A DNA stretch of 64,000 nucleotides from an uncultured Acidobacteriota bacterium (GTDB lineage Bacteria > Acidobacteriota > Thermoanaerobaculia > Multivoradales > UBA5704), in NCBI GenBank assembly GCA_963770895.1, contig CAVYRF010000002.1, forward strand, positions 928,001 through 992,000. The letters are read 5' to 3'. Below, piece after piece: positions 62,164 to 64,000 of this stretch. The notes under the pieces were generated by a model. The model was not told where the DNA came from and ran no database searches. It saw nothing but the letters and a program-made list of their open reading frames with translations. Position 1 is the first letter of the stretch. Every line of letters starts with the position of its first letter. A program made the position numbers and the translations under genes.

Positions 62164-62730
62164 ATGAGAGCGACTCTAGCGCTCCTGTGCTTGCTTTGCT
62201 TCGCCTCACAAGCCAGAGGGGCGGAGGCGAAAATCTCTGATTTTCAGATCGCCCTGGACGGCACCCAGGTGCTGGCCAGCCTCAACCTGGTCAACGCCTT
62301 CGACCACCGCTTCCTCGCCAGGGTCGAAAGCGGCCTCCCCACCGTCATCGTCTATCGCTTCGAGCTGGACCAGAACCGTCACAACTGGTGGGACCCGCGG
62401 CTGAAGGCCAACTCGCTGGAGGTGGAAGCGCTTTACGACGCGGTGGCGCGCGTCTATGCGATCTATTTCCGCCTCGACGGCAAGCTGATCGAGAGCCGCA
62501 ACGTGCACGACCGCAAGGCGCTCGAGGCGGCAATGACCCACATCGAGCGGCTGCCGGTGTTCAGCCTGGTCGACGTCCACAATCGCAATCGCCTGCTGCT
62601 GCGCACGCGCGCGGAGCTGGGGTCGCGCAACATCCTCTCCTTCGTCCCGGTGATGATCACCACCGAGTGGGTGGAATCGGCCAAGTTCCGCTCGCCGGCG
62701 GCGGCGACGGGAGCCGCGGCCCCGCCATGA
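62164..62730 (+). CDS. DUF4390 family secreted protein
   Basis: Signal peptide, VESGLP..YRFEL..WWD; usual neighbour of NtrY-like kinases. Confidence 0.75.
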   Translation: MRATLALLCLLCFASQARGAEAKISDFQIALDGTQVLASLNLVNAFDHRFLARVESGLPTVIVYRFELDQNRHNWWDPRLKANSLEVEALYDAVARVYAIYFRLDGKLIESRNVHDRKALEAAMTHIERLPVFSLVDVHNRNRLLLRTRAELGSRNILSFVPVMITTEWVESAKFRSPAAATGAAAPP

Positions 62731-64000
62731 GCTGGCGCCAGACCCTGCTGCGCCACCGCAAGGACCAGCGCCTGATCGTCGGCGCCCTGGCGGTGCTGCT
62801 GCTGCTGTTCACCACCACCTTCTACCTGTCGCTGCGCGAGCGCGACCTGCCGGCGCTGCTGGTCACCAACCGCGTGCTGCTGTTCGTGCTCTGGTACATC
62901 AACGTCGTCCTCATCCTCATCGTCGTCTTCGTCCTGCTGCGCAACGTTTTCAAGCTGCTCATCGAGCGCCGCAACCGGATCCTCGGCTCGACGTTCAAGG
63001 CCAAGCTGGTGGCGACCTACATCGGGCTTTCGCTGATCCCGGTGCTGGCCCTCTTCGCCATCGCCACCGAGCTCCTGCAGGGCTCGATCGACCGCTGGTT
63101 CAACACCCCGCTGCGCCCGGTCCTGGAGCGCGGCAGCGCGGTGGCGATGGCGCTGTACGACCGGGTGGAGCAGACCAACCTGCGCGACGCGGCCCGCGCG
63201 CTGCGCGAGACCGCCGCCCTGGACCCGCGGTCGCCGGCGATGACCCGGCGGCTGCAAGCGCTGCTGGCCGAGATGCACCTGGACGTGCTGTCGGTCTACC
63301 AGGGGAGCGAGTTCCAGCAAGGGGCGGTCAACTCGCAGTCGGGCCTGCAGGACCTCCCCGAACCGCGGCACAATTTCCTCGAAGAGGCCGCGGCGGAGGG
63401 CGAGGCGACCCTGATCGACACGCTCGCCGGCGGGCGCAGCCGGCTGATCTACGCCGCCGTGACGGCAGCCGGCGGGGACGCCGGCGCCAAGGGTGCCAAG
63501 GGCGCCAAGGGCGCCAGGCCCGCCGCCGGCCCGGCGCGCAGTGCGCCCTTGGTGGTGGTGGCGGGGACGCTGCTCGACCCGGTGCTGGGCGAGCGCACCG
63601 CCCGTCTGATCGGCGACTTTCAGGACTTTCGCCAGCTGGAGGTCGAAAAGGACGATCTGCGCGCGAGCCACCTGCTGATCTTCGCCATGGTCACCCTGGT
63701 CATCCTGCTGGCCTCCTCCTGGGTCGGGCTCTACCTGGCGCGGCGGGTGACGGTGCCGATCCAGGCGCTGGCGGAGGGCACGCGGCGGATCAGCGGCGGC
63801 AACCTGCACCATCGCGTGGACGTCCAGGCCGACGACGAGCTGGGGGTGCTGGTCGCCTCGTTCAACCGCATGACCGAGGAGCTGGCCAGCAACAAGGACC
63901 AGCTGGAGCGCGGCAACCGCGACCTGACCCTGAGCAACCAGCGGCTGGCGGCGGAGCGGGCGCTGATCGCCGCGGTGCTGCAGAGCGTCGCCGCCGGGGT
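62727..64000 (+). CDS. NtrY-like HAMP sensor histidine kinase (3' end outside window)
   Basis: ATG 62727 overlaps upstream stop; SIDRWF, LARRVTVPIQALAEGTRRISGG..DDELGVLVASFNRMT. Confidence 0.88.
   Translation, partial: MSWRQTLLRHRKDQRLIVGALAVLLLLFTTTFYLSLRERDLPALLVTNRVLLFVLWYINVVLILIVVFVLLRNVFKLLIERRNRILGSTFKAKLVATYIGLSLIPVLALFAIATELLQGSIDRWFNTPLRPVLERGSAVAMALYDRVEQTNLRDAARALRETAALDPRSPAMTRRLQALLAEMHLDVLSVYQGSEFQQGAVNSQSGLQDLPEPRHNFLEEAAAEGEATLIDTLAGGRSRLIYAAVTAAGGDAGAKGAKGAKGARPAAGPARSAPLVVVAGTLLDPVLGERTARLIGDFQDFRQLEVEKDDLRASHLLIFAMVTLVILLASSWVGLYLARRVTVPIQALAEGTRRISGGNLHHRVDVQADDELGVLVASFNRMTEELASNKDQLERGNRDLTLSNQRLAAERALIAAVLQSVAAG

Overview
A very GC-rich bacterial chromosome segment from a diderm (lpxC and a FadL-type porin are present). 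Gene content and a recurrent 'G-x-FWFF...N-x-E-x-x-VKV' C-terminal domain suggest Acidobacteriota, probably Thermoanaerobaculia (inference). Core-like regions hold the tail of an aryl-polyene/flexirubin-like cluster (0-2.7 kb), an M16 peptidase pair, a membrane Ser/Thr kinase, YihY, a phosphodiesterase, a GGDEF protein, a sulfatase-like lipoprotein, a MoxR/DUF58/SpoIIM/RDD operon, tandem pcm genes, a sigma54-linked partner-switching module, uvrA, FadL plus SGNH lipase, smpB, lpxC and the start of an NtrY-like kinase. An accessory block at about 11.5-25.2 kb is bracketed by two inverted arrays of a 22-23 bp repeat. It holds an amber-interrupted DUF3800 gene with a structured downstream RNA candidate, a dGTPase gene exactly bounded by a 16-bp hairpin-forming direct repeat, tRNA-Ala(CGC), a creatininase, an FG-GAP surface protein, several decayed toxin-antitoxin loci and an HSP90-(NDT/TIR-like) fusion paired with a helical-repeat protein (candidate defence system). 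A second small insertion at 43.9-46.1 kb encodes a 12-Cys secreted peptide precursor and a secreted partner protein. All family calls come from motif recognition by eye; no database searches were run.
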